Source: Salinispira sp.
Lineage (GTDB): Bacteria > Spirochaetota > Spirochaetia > DSM-27196 > Salinispiraceae
Reading direction: 5' to 3'
Length of the DNA stretch: 64,000 nucleotides
Assembly: GCA_965226555.1 (NCBI GenBank)
Contig: CBDDDG010000021.1
Coordinates: 352,001-416,000 of the forward strand
How positions within the stretch are numbered: the first letter of the stretch is position 1; every line of letters starts with the position of its first letter. Shown here piece by piece: positions 29,215 through 42,562 of this stretch. Made by a program: the position numbers and the translations under genes. A model generated the notes under the pieces. That model had not been told where the DNA came from, did no database searches, and saw nothing but the letters and a program-made list of their open reading frames with translations.

Positions 29215-30339
29215 GTGTATATTAGCGTTCTGAGCTGTTTCATGTCTACGTTGTCGAAGTTATTGCTAATTAATTTTCTTCCGGTATTTATCGGAGCATT
29301 CGCATTTTTTGTTATTCTCATTAACATTGCCGATCTCTTTGTAAGTATTGTCCGATACATTGAAAACGATGTTGCGTTTCTGAACATCCTCCAGCTTCAA
29401 TATCTCTTTTTACCCCAATGTATGGTATTTGCGCTCCCAATTGCGCTCCTCTTTTCTGTATCGTATTCCATGGGAATGCTGTATTCCAATAATGAAACAA
29501 TCGCAATTTTCGGGAGCGGAATCAGTCTGAAGCAATTTATCACTCCCCTGATCATAATTGCAGTGTTCCTGAGCGTCGCTCTTTTTCTTACACAGAATTA
29601 TCTTGCTATCCCCCTGTTAAAAGATAAGGATACCCTGAGTCAGCAGTTGCTGAGAAATCAACCAATTAATCTTGATCAATCCGATGTGAACATTCAGACA
29701 GAAAGCGGGAGGGTAATTTACAGCGCGGGATATTACGACAGCGCTGACAATAAGCTCACCGATGTAACAGTCATTATCCGCGATGAGAATAGGGCGATAC
29801 TCACTCACATTGCAGCTGAATGGGCGCTGTGGGAGGATGAAAAATGGCAATTTTATGAAGTAACATATATTACCCGTCTTCCGGCATCAGATAATGCTGA
29901 GAGTTCCGACTTTGTTATAGAGGAACATGCCGTGCATTCACAGGACGATGTGAACCTTCTTCCTGAAAATTTCCAAAACCAATTTGGCGAAATTGAAGAA
30001 ATGGATATTACAGAGGCGCGGAACTATGTGCGGTTTCTCCGAAACAGCGGATTTCCCTTCAGAGAAGAGCTCACAAAATATCATGAGCGCTATTCATTCG
30101 CATTAACGCCCCTCATTGTTACCCTGCTTTCTGTGGCAATTGGCGGAAGGTACCGGAAAAACATTCTGGGCATGAGCCTTCTGGTTTCACTCAGCCTTTC
30201 AATTGTGTATTACTGCATTCAATTATTGTCTGGTCTTCTTGCCACCGTCGGCGCTCTCGACAGCATTGTCGGCGCGTGGGCAGGAACACTTCTTACCGGA
30301 AGCAGCGCGATGTATCTGCTGAATAAGGCCAAAACCTAG
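29215..30339 (+). CDS. LptF/LptG family permease
   Basis: LPIALLFS, NETIAI..SGISL, TM layout; start may be 29242. Confidence 0.85.
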   Translation: MYISVLSCFMSTLSKLLLINFLPVFIGAFAFFVILINIADLFVSIVRYIENDVAFLNILQLQYLFLPQCMVFALPIALLFSVSYSMGMLYSNNETIAIFGSGISLKQFITPLIIIAVFLSVALFLTQNYLAIPLLKDKDTLSQQLLRNQPINLDQSDVNIQTESGRVIYSAGYYDSADNKLTDVTVIIRDENRAILTHIAAEWALWEDEKWQFYEVTYITRLPASDNAESSDFVIEEHAVHSQDDVNLLPENFQNQFGEIEEMDITEARNYVRFLRNSGFPFREELTKYHERYSFALTPLIVTLLSVAIGGRYRKNILGMSLLVSLSLSIVYYCIQLLSGLLATVGALDSIVGAWAGTLLTGSSAMYLLNKAKT

Positions 30340-30348
30340 GAAGCATGA

Positions 30349-33044
<2,696 letters not shown>

Positions 33045-33074
33045 GCATAATAAGTAGATCATGGTAAGTAGATC

Positions 33075-34433
33075 ATGGTAAGTAATAGAGGAGGCAGGGC
33101 AATGAAGATAATAGGTGTTTTTCTTATAATTCTCTCCATATCAATCGGCGCAGAAAACATCGACACTGAAGGAGAAGATCAGACTGCGGAATGGAAAAAA
33201 ACATTGCAGTTTGGTATTGAACAGAATGTACTTTCGACTATTGATTCCATGATTGAAGAGAAATCGGATATTCTCACGGAAGATGTCTCAGCTCTTTTCG
33301 GCAGCAGGCGCGATTCTCTGCGCATAAAGGTCATGGATTTTTTTGAGGCCTTCGAAAGCGATGACCTCATTCCCTTGGTCATTGATGAACTCCAATTTTA
33401 TCAGGATGGTACTTCTCCGCAGTTTACTGCCCGTCTTATCGAACATCTCTCAGAACGCAGGCATAGTATCAATGAAGATCTGTGGGATCTGTTTCAGGAA
33501 ATGCTGCAGGAAGAGGGTAATCTCGTGAAATCGACAATAATCGCATATCTTGGAGATAGTCAATATCAGCCAGCGGCAGTAATTCTGGAAGAATTGTATA
33601 CAAAGGCAGATCAATCGCTCCAGGAAAACATTCTGCGGTCTCTGGGAAAAATACAGGATGAAAATAGTCGGAGATTGATTTTTGATCTGATTCAGGATGA
33701 AAATATCGACCGCTCTCTGCGCATTGCCGCAGTGTATGCCGCTGGATCATATGCTGATGCCGCAGCGCTCGAACAGATCATCCGACTTGTTTCGGTTCAG
33801 GATATTTTTCTGAGAACTGCCGCTGTTTCTGCCCTGTCTGAATTTTCTTCCCCCGATGTTCAGGAACTCTATCTTGAAGCCCTCAGAGATGAACAGTGGA
33901 GAATACGCCTCAATGTTCTCAAGAGCATTGAGAAGGATCCCTTCCCGCAAAGCTTTCCCGCGCTGGAATATATGGCGAAAAATGATCCTGAAACAGTTAT
34001 TCGTCAGCAGGCGCTGCAGACTATTTCAGCTCTCAATATCGATGCGGGCTGGGAATTTCTGCGTACTATTCTCACCGATACCATGTTTGCTGAATCGTAC
34101 CGGCGCAGTGCCGCAATCCTTCTTATACAAAATGACTTCGCCGCCTCTTCCGACATTATTGAAGACAGTATGATGAATGAATGGGATAAAAAGGATAGCC
34201 GACTTCTCGATGCCATATGTAAAGAGCTGAGTATTACAGAATTATCTGCTGCGGCAGGGCTATATGAGAAAATGCTGCATCATAGTAATTTTGTTATCCA
34301 GATATATGGTGTTCGGGGAATCGGCCGGAACAGAATTTTCGCCCTCCGGCAAAACCTAGAAGCTATCGCCGACCGGAAGAACATTAATTCTTCCCTAAAA
34401 AGAAACATCGAAGAGGCTCTTAAACAATTATAA
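33075..34433 (+). CDS. HEAT-repeat protein, probably exported (start may be 33102)
   Basis: Signal-like N-terminus; repeated R.AA..AL helical units. Confidence 0.75.
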   Translation: MVSNRGGRAMKIIGVFLIILSISIGAENIDTEGEDQTAEWKKTLQFGIEQNVLSTIDSMIEEKSDILTEDVSALFGSRRDSLRIKVMDFFEAFESDDLIPLVIDELQFYQDGTSPQFTARLIEHLSERRHSINEDLWDLFQEMLQEEGNLVKSTIIAYLGDSQYQPAAVILEELYTKADQSLQENILRSLGKIQDENSRRLIFDLIQDENIDRSLRIAAVYAAGSYADAAALEQIIRLVSVQDIFLRTAAVSALSEFSSPDVQELYLEALRDEQWRIRLNVLKSIEKDPFPQSFPALEYMAKNDPETVIRQQALQTISALNIDAGWEFLRTILTDTMFAESYRRSAAILLIQNDFAASSDIIEDSMMNEWDKKDSRLLDAICKELSITELSAAAGLYEKMLHHSNFVIQIYGVRGIGRNRIFALRQNLEAIADRKNINSSLKRNIEEALKQL

Positions 34434-34470
34434 AACCCATCATCCGGCAATGGCGATATTGGCGGATTAT

Positions 34471-34560
34471 CCCCGGGCGCATGGGCGAGCAGGCGCGGAG
34501 CGCCGACCAGCCACGGGCGCGCGCATGGCGAGCCGGATGCTCGGTCGAGCAGGCAGAGCT
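34471..34560. repeat. GC-rich repeat module cluster
   Basis: gggcgcatgggcgagcaggcgcggagcgccgaccagcc; matches 36765-36860. Confidence 0.8.
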
Positions 34561-34567
34561 GTTCCAA

Positions 34568-34843
34568 TTAATGCGGTCCGTTCCGCACTGTCCGCATTTC
34601 CTCATCGCTCAGCCCGGTAACATCCTGAATGTCATGGGCTGAAAATCCTTTGGAAAACATACTGCGGGCCGTTTCTCGAATGCCTCTCGCCATTCCTTTT
34701 GCAAGACCTTTCTGCATTCCCTGCTCAAGACCTTCAACACGACCTTTCAGAATGCCTTTCTCCATTCCCTGCTCAAGACCCTCAATCCGGCCCTTCGCAA
34801 TACCTTCCCTGACGAAGGCGTTGGTAATATTATATGTCCGCAT
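34568..34843 (-). CDS. Intact RpnS-type small protein (MRTYNITNAF...)
   Basis: SD AGGAG-aaaacagt-ATG; ten xxxG repeats; 91 aa. Confidence 0.7.
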   Translation of the reverse strand: MRTYNITNAFVREGIAKGRIEGLEQGMEKGILKGRVEGLEQGMQKGLAKGMARGIRETARSMFSKGFSAHDIQDVTGLSDEEMRTVRNGPH

Positions 34844-35330
34844 ACTGTTTTCTCCTACTGAAACTTTTGCATTGGAAAATTGTGCAGAGCACAATTTCCA
34901 GTAGCAAAAGTTTCAAATTTGGCAGGCCTCGTTGCGCTTGGCATTCTCTCATTTTGTAGAAAGTTTTGCCTGCGGCAAAACTTTGTCTAGGATATAGTTT
35001 CCTGTCAATTTTCTCAAACTGTTCATACAGTTTTGGATCCAGATCTTTTATACCGAAAATTGTGCTCCGCACAATTTTCTAATCTGGATTCTCTCATCTC
35101 TATTCGTGATTCTCTCAAGATATAGAAAGTTTTGCCTGTGGCAAAACTTTGGTATAACCCAGCACACTCTCTGCCAGATCAGTAAAGTCTTGTGATGACA
35201 AACCGTTTAGGAGCTGCGCAATCTCTTTCAGCCCCTCAGCATTCATTTTATTGAAAATTGTGCGGAGCAAAATTTTCAGTAATGAACAGGGCTTTCCGAT
35301 CGGGGTCTGAGAGGAAGGGGGCGCTGAGGC
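34568..35330 (-). pseudogene. Rpn type-B copy 3: 5'-truncated, internal deletion, two element insertions
   Basis: Matches 38434-39471 in pieces (SAPFLSDPDRKALFI; MNAEGLKEIAQ...); inserts at 35052-35153 and 34857-34986. Confidence 0.85.
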
Positions 35331-35347
35331 AATGCGCGGCTGTGCTG

Positions 35348-35587
35348 TTACTTTTTACCGTTTTCCCTGCTATTTTCACTACCGTTTTTCCGGGCGTTTT
35401 TCTGAAATGCTCGAATTTCATCCTTGCTGAGCTTAGTGTACTTACGAATACGGTCTATCGACAGACCATCCATAAGCATATTGAGCGCATGATCACGCTG
35501 AGCCTGAGCTTGCCCTTGCTCAAGTCCTTGCTCAAGCCCCTGCTCAACACCTGCCCGCCATGGGTCATCTAAAAGATCTACCAACAT
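35348..35587 (-). CDS. RpnS-type small protein of the type-A gene (MLVDLLDDPW...)
   Basis: In-frame GAGGAGG-taaaacgt-ATG followed by EQG repeats. Confidence 0.6.
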   Translation of the reverse strand: MLVDLLDDPWRAGVEQGLEQGLEQGQAQAQRDHALNMLMDGLSIDRIRKYTKLSKDEIRAFQKNARKNGSENSRENGKK

Positions 35588-36568
35588 ACGTTTTACCTCC
35601 TCAGGATTGTCCTGAAATAATTTCTTTGTTTCATCCCTAGTTATCTTACCAGAAAATCTCTTGAGTATCCATCCACAGAAAATTGTGCTCTGCACAATTT
35701 TCCAATGAGGATTCTCTCATCTCTATTCTTGATTCTCTCAAGGTATAGAAAGTTTTGCCACAGGCAAAACTTTGTCATAAAATCGCTCTTTCTTTTCGGG
35801 ATTCTCATCCTGTATTATATCTTTGAGTATGGCGATTGTTTCTTCTGTGTACTCTTCTATTGTTCCAAGATTTTCACAGAAAATTGTGCTCTGCACAATT
35901 TTTCAATAAGGATTCTCTTATCTATATTCTTGATTCTCTCAAGATATAGAAAGTTTTGCTACTGGAAATTGTGCTTGCACAATTTTCCAAGGCAAAACTT
36001 TGGTGATGTACATTATTGCCGAAATAACCCCTCCGACAGCCTTCAGTTCCTTGTTGCTGAAATTACTAATGTTGATCTGATAATAGGGAGATATCCGATT
36101 TCCTGAGTGAAAATATGATTGAAAATCGAGCGTGCGCGGATTCGAATTCGTCATTGACGCGCTGCGCCTAGTGTATATCACAAGGGTGATTATCAGGTAG
36201 TCGGTTTTCTCATCCCCCGATGAGGAAAGGTCTTCGGATAGGTGATGGGCGTATGTATATATTCTCCCCGGCATGTCGCTATCCACTGTCGACTGAAACT
36301 CAATGATGAAATACACATCAAGTGGTTTCAATTTCAGCATGTTATCGTAAAAATTGCATGTGGTTTTGTAAATGATATCGGAGACTGAACGTTTGGGGTC
36401 ATCTTTGGGGATATGCTCTGAGTCAATACGCTCTATACTCCCGGGAACAATGCTCCGCGCGAGGCCTTTGTTGAAGTAGGAGTATATGAAATCCTGGAAT
36501 ATCTGAGCATTCCTGAAAGCATATTTCCAACTTTTGTCGTGTACCATTCCTATATATTTTCCGCTCAT
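35348..36568 (-). pseudogene. Rpn type-A gene interrupted by two element insertions
   Basis: HDKSWKYAF, SDIIY, YFIIEFQST.D.DMP.R; removing 35876-36004 and 35675-35776 gives a continuous frame ...AIMYI|ENLGTIEE...KERFY|GWILKRF... Confidence 0.85.
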
Positions 36569-36760
36569 ACCATATAGACGGGTAAAATATGAATGGTGTA
36601 TGACAAAATGAGAAAGTTTTTCAAAAAGTTTTATTATTTTGAGATATTACAAAGTTTTGTTACTGAAAATTGTGCTCTGCACAATTTTCAAATGAGGATT
36701 CCCTCAAGGTATAGAAACTTTCTACAAAATGCGAGAATGCTAAGCACAAAGAAAACATTC
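36569..36760 (-). repeat. Conserved ~190-bp rpn leader 1 (copies at 38189-38380, 39703-39895 and 59566-59778 on +)
   Basis: Near-identical blocks ending ...cattcatattttacccgtctatat(g/a)gtATG. Confidence 0.9.
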
Positions 36761-36871
36761 CTGACGGACGCATGGCGAGCCGGATGCTTGGGCGAGCAGG
36801 CGCGGAGCGCCGACCAGCCCCGGGCGCATGGGCGAGCCGGATGCTTGGTCGAGCAGGCAGAGCTGTTCCAA

Positions 36872-37147
36872 TTAATGCGATCCGTTCCGCACTGTCCGCA
36901 TTTCCTCATCGCTCAGCCCGGTAACATCCTGAATGTCATGGGCTGAAAATCCTTTGGAAAACATACTGCGGGCCGTTTCTCGAATGCCTCTCGCCATTCC
37001 TTTTGCAAGACCTTTCTGCATTCCCTGCTCAAGACCTTCAACACGACCTTTCAGAATGCCTTTCTCCATTCCCTGCTCAAGACCCTCAATCCGGCCCTTC
37101 GCAATGCCTTCCCTGACGAAGGCGTTGGTAATATTATATGTCCGCAT
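36872..37147 (-). CDS. Intact RpnS-type small protein
   Basis: SD AGGAGGAG-aaaacagt-ATG; near-identical to 34568-34843. Confidence 0.7.
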   Translation of the reverse strand: MRTYNITNAFVREGIAKGRIEGLEQGMEKGILKGRVEGLEQGMQKGLAKGMARGIRETARSMFSKGFSAHDIQDVTGLSDEEMRTVRNGSH

Positions 37148-38033
37148 ACTGTTTTCTCCTCCTGAAACTTTTGCATTGGAAAATTGTGCAGAGCACAATT
37201 TCCAGTAGCAAAAGTTTCAAATTTGGCATGCATCGTTGCGCTTGGCATTCTCCCATTTTGTAGAAAGTTTTGCCTGTGGCAAAACTTTGTCTAGGATATA
37301 GTTTCCTGTTAATTTTCTCAAACTGTTCATACAGTTTTGGATCCAGATCTTTTAGATAACCCAGCACGCTCTCTGCCAGATCAGTAAAGTCTTGTGAAGA
37401 CAAACCGTTCAGGAGCTGCGCAATCTCTTTCAGCCCCTCAATATTCATTTCATTATCTCGCATTATATACCACAATGCAGTCGATGTATATCGTTTTCCA
37501 TCGAAACGCCATGCCAACTGCTCCTTTTTCATTCTACAAAGATCACGCACAATGTACGACACTTTTACCCTGACATCTACCGTGCCTTCAGTCATAGATT
37601 CGGAAGCAGCATTTCCATGTGAACTGTAAAATGTGAGTGGGAGGTTCCATTCCTTTTTTCCATGGTAAAGCAGTAATATATAGATAGCATCCTTTTCATT
37701 GTACACATTGCTGTTTCTGAGGGCATATTGATAGTCATCGATCTGTGTGAGAACGTGTTTGTGCAGGTAGCTTTTGTGTTCAATAATAAAAAAGGCCTTC
37801 CGGTCGGGGTCTGACAGGAAGGGTGCGCTGACAACGAGAGCGCAGTGAAGGTTCTTTTTTCCTGCAATGTAGCTGGGGGTTTCAATGCGGATTTTGTCCA
37901 TGTCCAGCTTGGCAAGCGTTGTATCCTCACAGAACAGGCGCAGCAGGTCGGGAATCATACGGGGGGTTCTGTAGTAGGCGATCTTGAAGGCTAGGTCGTG
38001 GATATGGTATTTGCTGTGGGATGATTTTTTCAT
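36872..38033 (-). pseudogene. Rpn type-B copy 2: catalytic Asp to Ala plus a 130-bp insertion before RpnS
   Basis: NLHCALVV versus NLHCDLVV in the paralogues; insert at 37161-37290. Confidence 0.85.
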
Positions 38034-38433
38034 AAACATTCCTCCTACATCTATAACGGGTAAAAAGTCATTTTTGACTATGTATTTGGAAAGAATTTGA
38101 AAAGAAATTGAAAGAATGTTGTGTTTTTTTTCGGGGAGTCGGGAATGGGGGGCTGGTATGCTCTGTGTCGATATAATCTTTGCTCATACTATATAGACGG
38201 GTAAAATATGAATGGTGTATGACAAAATGAGAAAGTTTTTCAAAAAGTTTTATTATTTTGAGATATTACAAAGTTTTGTTACTGAAAATTGTGCTCTGCA
38301 CAATTTTCAAATGAGGATTCCCTCAAGGTATAGAAACTTTCTACAAAATGCGAGAATGCTAAGCACAAAGAAAACATTCCTGACGGACGCATGGCGAGCC
38401 GGATGCTTGGTCGAGCAGGCAGAGCTGTTCCAA

Positions 38434-39471
38434 TTAATGCGATCCGTTCCGCACTGTCCGCATTTCCTCATCGCTCAGCCCGGTAACATCCTGAATGTCA
38501 TGGGCTGAAAATCCTTTGGAAAACATACTGCGGGCCGTTTCTCGAATGCCTCTCGCCATTCCTTTTGCAAGACCTTTCTGCATTCCCTGCTCAAGACCCT
38601 CAACCCGACCTTTCAGAATGCCTTTCTCCATTCCTTTCAGAATGCCCTTCTCCATTCCCTCAATTCGGCCCTTCGCAATGCCTTCCCTGACGAAGGCGTT
38701 GGTTATGTTATATGTCCGCATACTGTTTTCTCCTCTAGGGTACAGTTTCCTGTTAATTTTCTCAAACTGCTCATACAGTCCCAAGTCCTTCAGGTAACCC
38801 AGCACACTCTCTGCTAGATCAGTAAAGTCTTGTGAAGACAAACCGTTCAGGAGCTGCGCAATCTCTTTCAGCCCCTCAGCGTTCATTTCATTATCTCTCA
38901 TCATATACCACAACGCAGTCGATGTATATCGTTTTCCATCGAAACGCCATGCCAACTGCTTCTTTGTCATTCGCCTCAGATCGCGCACGATGTACGACAC
39001 TTTCACCTTGACATCTACCGTGCCTTCGGTAAGGGATTCGGAAGCAGCATTTCCATGAGAACTGTAAAATGTGAGTGGGAGGTTCCATTCCTTTTTTCCA
39101 TGGTAGAGCAGCAGTATATAGATAGCATCCCTTTCATTGTACACATTGCTGGTTCTGAGGGCATGCTGATAGTCATCAATCTGTGTGAGAGCATGTTTGT
39201 GCTGGTAGCTTTTATGTTCAATAATAAAAAGGGCCTTCCGGTCGGGGTCTGACAGGAAGGGAGCGCTGACAACGAGATCGCAGTGAAGGTTCTTTTTTCC
39301 CGCAATGTAGCTGGGATTTTCAATGCGGATTTTGTCCATGTCCAGCTTGGCAAGCGTCGTATCCGTACAGAACAGCCGCAGCAGGTCGGGAATCATACGG
39401 GGGGTTCTGTAGTAGGCGAGCTTGAAGGCTATGTCGTGGATATGGCCTGTGCTCTGGGATGATTTTTTCAT
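38434..39471 (-). CDS. Rpn type-B nuclease, intact (internal RpnS start at 38721)
   Basis: SD AGGAGG; HIHDIAFK, HCDLVV, FIIEHKS, LLLYHG..W, C-terminal xxxG repeats. Confidence 0.88.
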   Translation of the reverse strand: MKKSSQSTGHIHDIAFKLAYYRTPRMIPDLLRLFCTDTTLAKLDMDKIRIENPSYIAGKKNLHCDLVVSAPFLSDPDRKALFIIEHKSYQHKHALTQIDDYQHALRTSNVYNERDAIYILLLYHGKKEWNLPLTFYSSHGNAASESLTEGTVDVKVKVSYIVRDLRRMTKKQLAWRFDGKRYTSTALWYMMRDNEMNAEGLKEIAQLLNGLSSQDFTDLAESVLGYLKDLGLYEQFEKINRKLYPRGENSMRTYNITNAFVREGIAKGRIEGMEKGILKGMEKGILKGRVEGLEQGMQKGLAKGMARGIRETARSMFSKGFSAHDIQDVTGLSDEEMRTVRNGSH

Positions 39472-39576
39472 AAATATTCCTCCTACATCTATAACGGGTA
39501 AAAAGTCATTTTTAACTATGTATGTGGAAAGAATTTTGCAAAATGTGTGAATTTTTTTCGGGGGATGGGGGAATGC

Positions 39577-39702
39577 GGGGACAATGCTCCGCGCGAGGTC
39601 TTTATTGAAGTAGGAGTATGTGAAGTTTCTGAATATCTGAGCATTCCTGAAAGCATATTTCCAACTTTTGTCGTGTACCATTCCTATATATTTTCCGCTC
39701 AT
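39577..39702 (-). pseudogene. 5' stub of an Rpn type-A gene, in frame with the downstream leader and type-B gene
   Basis: MSGKYIGMVHDKSWKYAFRNAQIF...ARSIVP is nearly identical to the start at 36568. Confidence 0.8.
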
Positions 39703-39952
39703 ACCATATAGACGGGTAAAATATGAATGGTGTATGACAAAATGAGAAAGTTTTTCAAAAAGTTTTATTATTTTGAGATATTACAAAGTTTTGTTACTGA
39801 AAATTGTGCTCTGCACAATTTTCAAATGAGGATTCCCTCAAGGTATAGAAACTTTCTATAAAATGCGAGAATGCTAAGCACAAAGACAGCATTCCAAATG
39901 AGATATTGACCTGAGCCCCCGTCTCAGCAACAGGCGCATAGGCGAGCTATCG

Positions 39953-39986
39953 AAAAAAGGCAGGCACGGATTGCCCCGCGCCTGCC
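39953..39986 (-). terminator. Terminator after DUF285 gene 2
   Basis: Reverse complement: ggcaggcgcgg-ggcaat-ccgtgcctgcc-tttttt. Confidence 0.8.
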
Positions 39987-40016
39987 GGAGTTGAATTGCA
40001 ACTCGTTAAATTGCCG

Positions 40017-42314
40017 CTACTGGTTATACCATGTTGGAAAGGCTACATCGCCTGTTTGGCCGCGGCCCACCTTGGAATTCCGAAACATATTGGTGTCGGT
40101 TCCGGTAAATGTGCTGGGGGTATCCGTGTCCATATCCTTATCTTCGAGTGTCAAATGATCCTTCCACTCCTCAAGATCCTGATTGAATGCGCTTGCTCCA
40201 TCGAACATTTGAGTCATATTCGGTGCCGCAGCAATTGTCCAGCCGGAAATATCCTGATTGAAACTGGTTGCTCCATCGAACATATAGGACATATTCGTTA
40301 CCTTACTGACATCACCCCATCCCGAGATATCGCCATTGAAACTGGTTGCTTCAGCGAACATATAGGACATATTCGTTACCGAGCTGACATCCCAGCCAGA
40401 GATATTCTGATTGAATGCGCTTGCTTGAGCGAACATACCGAACATACTCGTTACCGAACTGACATCCCAGTTTGAGATATCTTGATCGAATGCGCTTACT
40501 TCCTGGAACATCTGAGTCATAAATGTTACCGAACTGACATTCCACTTCGAGATATCGCCATTGAATGCGTCTGCGTTATAGAACATACTGTTCATACTCG
40601 TTACCGAACTGACATCCCAGCGTGAGATGTCGCCATTGAATTCGCCTGGGTTATGGAAAATAGTGGTCATATCCGTTACTGCCGTGGTAACAATGTAGTT
40701 GAGATCGGCAGTATTGCCCCAATTACTTATTCCCGCAGCTACCGCTGCGTCCAGTTCATCGTTACCGCCATCGGTATTAGCAGCGCCCGCGCTGCCATCG
40801 CCATCAGCAGGTCTCACGGTAACATAAAACTTTTCGGTAAGCCGTGTATTCTCATCGGTTCCGTCTATGACAGATACATTGTATGTTCCTGCCGTTGTAC
40901 TTGCGGCAACCGTAATAACTCCGGTACGTGCGTCAACTGTCGGCAGGGTAACGGTAACCCCTGAGGGCGGGGAAGTAACCCCAGCCACAGTAACGCTTGG
41001 ATTCTCCGCATTGGCAGCGGCGTCATCAATGTCAGCCGAAAGAATGACGGATGTTGTTGATGTACCAAAGGGAACCTGTGCCGCAAGCGGCAGCAGTGTT
41101 CTCGTTGCGGAGGCAGACCAGCCGCCAGTGCCCAGCGCGTTAACGGCGCGCACCTGCACATTGTAGGAGGTGCCGTCGTTCGTCAGGCTCGGGATGGTGT
41201 AGCTCGTAGCACTGATAGGGTCGGTGACCAGCGTCCAGTTAGTTCCGCTGTCTGAACTATACTGCACATCATATGAGGTAATGGGGCTGCCGCCGTTGTT
41301 GGGCGCTGTCCATATCGCGGTGAGCTGGGTGTCTCCAACTGTGAGCCTGGGAGCATTCGGCATGGCAGGAGGCCCAATAGGGGTTGCGGTGCCGGTCGCT
41401 GGGTTGCCATTGCCCTCTGTATTGACAGCGTAGACCCGCGCCTCATACTCGGTGCCGTTTGTCAGGTTGGGGATGGTGAGGGTGTAGGTGTCGGCATCGG
41501 CGGTTGCAATGACAGGTTCCCACGCGCTTACTCCGACTACGCGATGTTGCAGTTCATAGCGAATAATGTCGCTGTCGCCAGTATCGGTCGGCGCAGCCCA
41601 TGTTGCGGTAATTGTCGTATCGTCCGCTGCGAGCGTGAACGCAGTCGGCGCCAAGGAAACGGTAATAGGGGTTTCTGTGGAAGATTCCGACCAGTTTCCC
41701 GCACCATGCGCATTGACCGCGCGCAGCCGCACATCGTAGGGGGTGCCGTTTGTCAGCCCGGTAATGGTGGAGCGTGAGGTCGGAGGAGTAATAATGGCGG
41801 TATCTGTATCGTCCGCTGGCCAGTCTGCGCTGCTTTGTTTGTGCTACACATGGTACGCGGTAATTTCGCTATCGCCGGTTTCTTCCGGCGGAGTCCAGTT
41901 AACCGTTAGTTGCTTATTCCCCGCTTCAAGGATTGGGGCAGCCATGGTGCCCGGCACGGCTGGTTCAGGTACATCTGAATTCTGCCGGGTATAGACAGTG
42001 CCATCCAATGTTAAGGTATCTCCATCAATGGTATACTCTACCGTTGCCCCATTACGGTTTTCCGCTCCTTCTCCTATACAATTACTGAACGTAATTGAGT
42101 TTCCGTTATCCGTGTAATCACAAATAACCTCCAAAAACACATCTATGTACGTTGTCGCGGTGAATTCTATGGTATGAAACTCATTATCCGCGGTCCACAC
42201 GCCTATTAGGGGAGATGTATCCATGGGCACTGGTTCCGGTTCCGTCATTGGTTCCGGTTCCGGCAGTGGACATCCGGCAAGTAATGCGATGAGAACCACG
42301 CTCATTATAATCAA
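40017..42314 (-). pseudogene. Fn3 (x3) + DUF285 (x7) lipoprotein with one in-frame amber stop
   Basis: ORFs 41844-42314 and 40017-41732 share a frame; TAG at 41844-41846 lies in YHV*HK, then Fn3 sequence continues ([19 protein letters not shown]); lipobox LAGC; ends PTWYNQ. Confidence 0.85.
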
Positions 42315-42562
42315 TACAGAGGATGCCCCCCATAACTTTCGTAGTGGATTAAAAAGATTAATACTCCTTTTTCTAAAAAATATTTGTCGGACAATGTCCG
42401 CTTATGTTTTATTGCGGATACGCGCTGAAACCTTATAGAAAGTTTTGCATTTTGCAAAACTTTGTTATACAAAGGTTACTACAAAGTATCGGAAATATCA
42501 ACTACTACATGAAAATTGGTGCGAATTCAACCATAAGTTTCATCAAGAAAAAATTCCCCCAA

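Noticed and set aside
36593..38508. Repeated plus-strand ORFs MVYDKMRKFF...
   Set aside because: Antisense readings of the leader and repeat blocks; their recurrence reflects DNA duplication
34440..39900. Possible CRISPR array or integron cassette array
   Set aside because: No constant repeat with unique spacers, no cas or integrase gene, no attC-type ends; the units are paralogous genes
40100..40700. Diversity-generating retroelement acting on DUF285 repeats
   Set aside because: No reverse transcriptase in the window and no template/variable pair differing only at adenines that I could see
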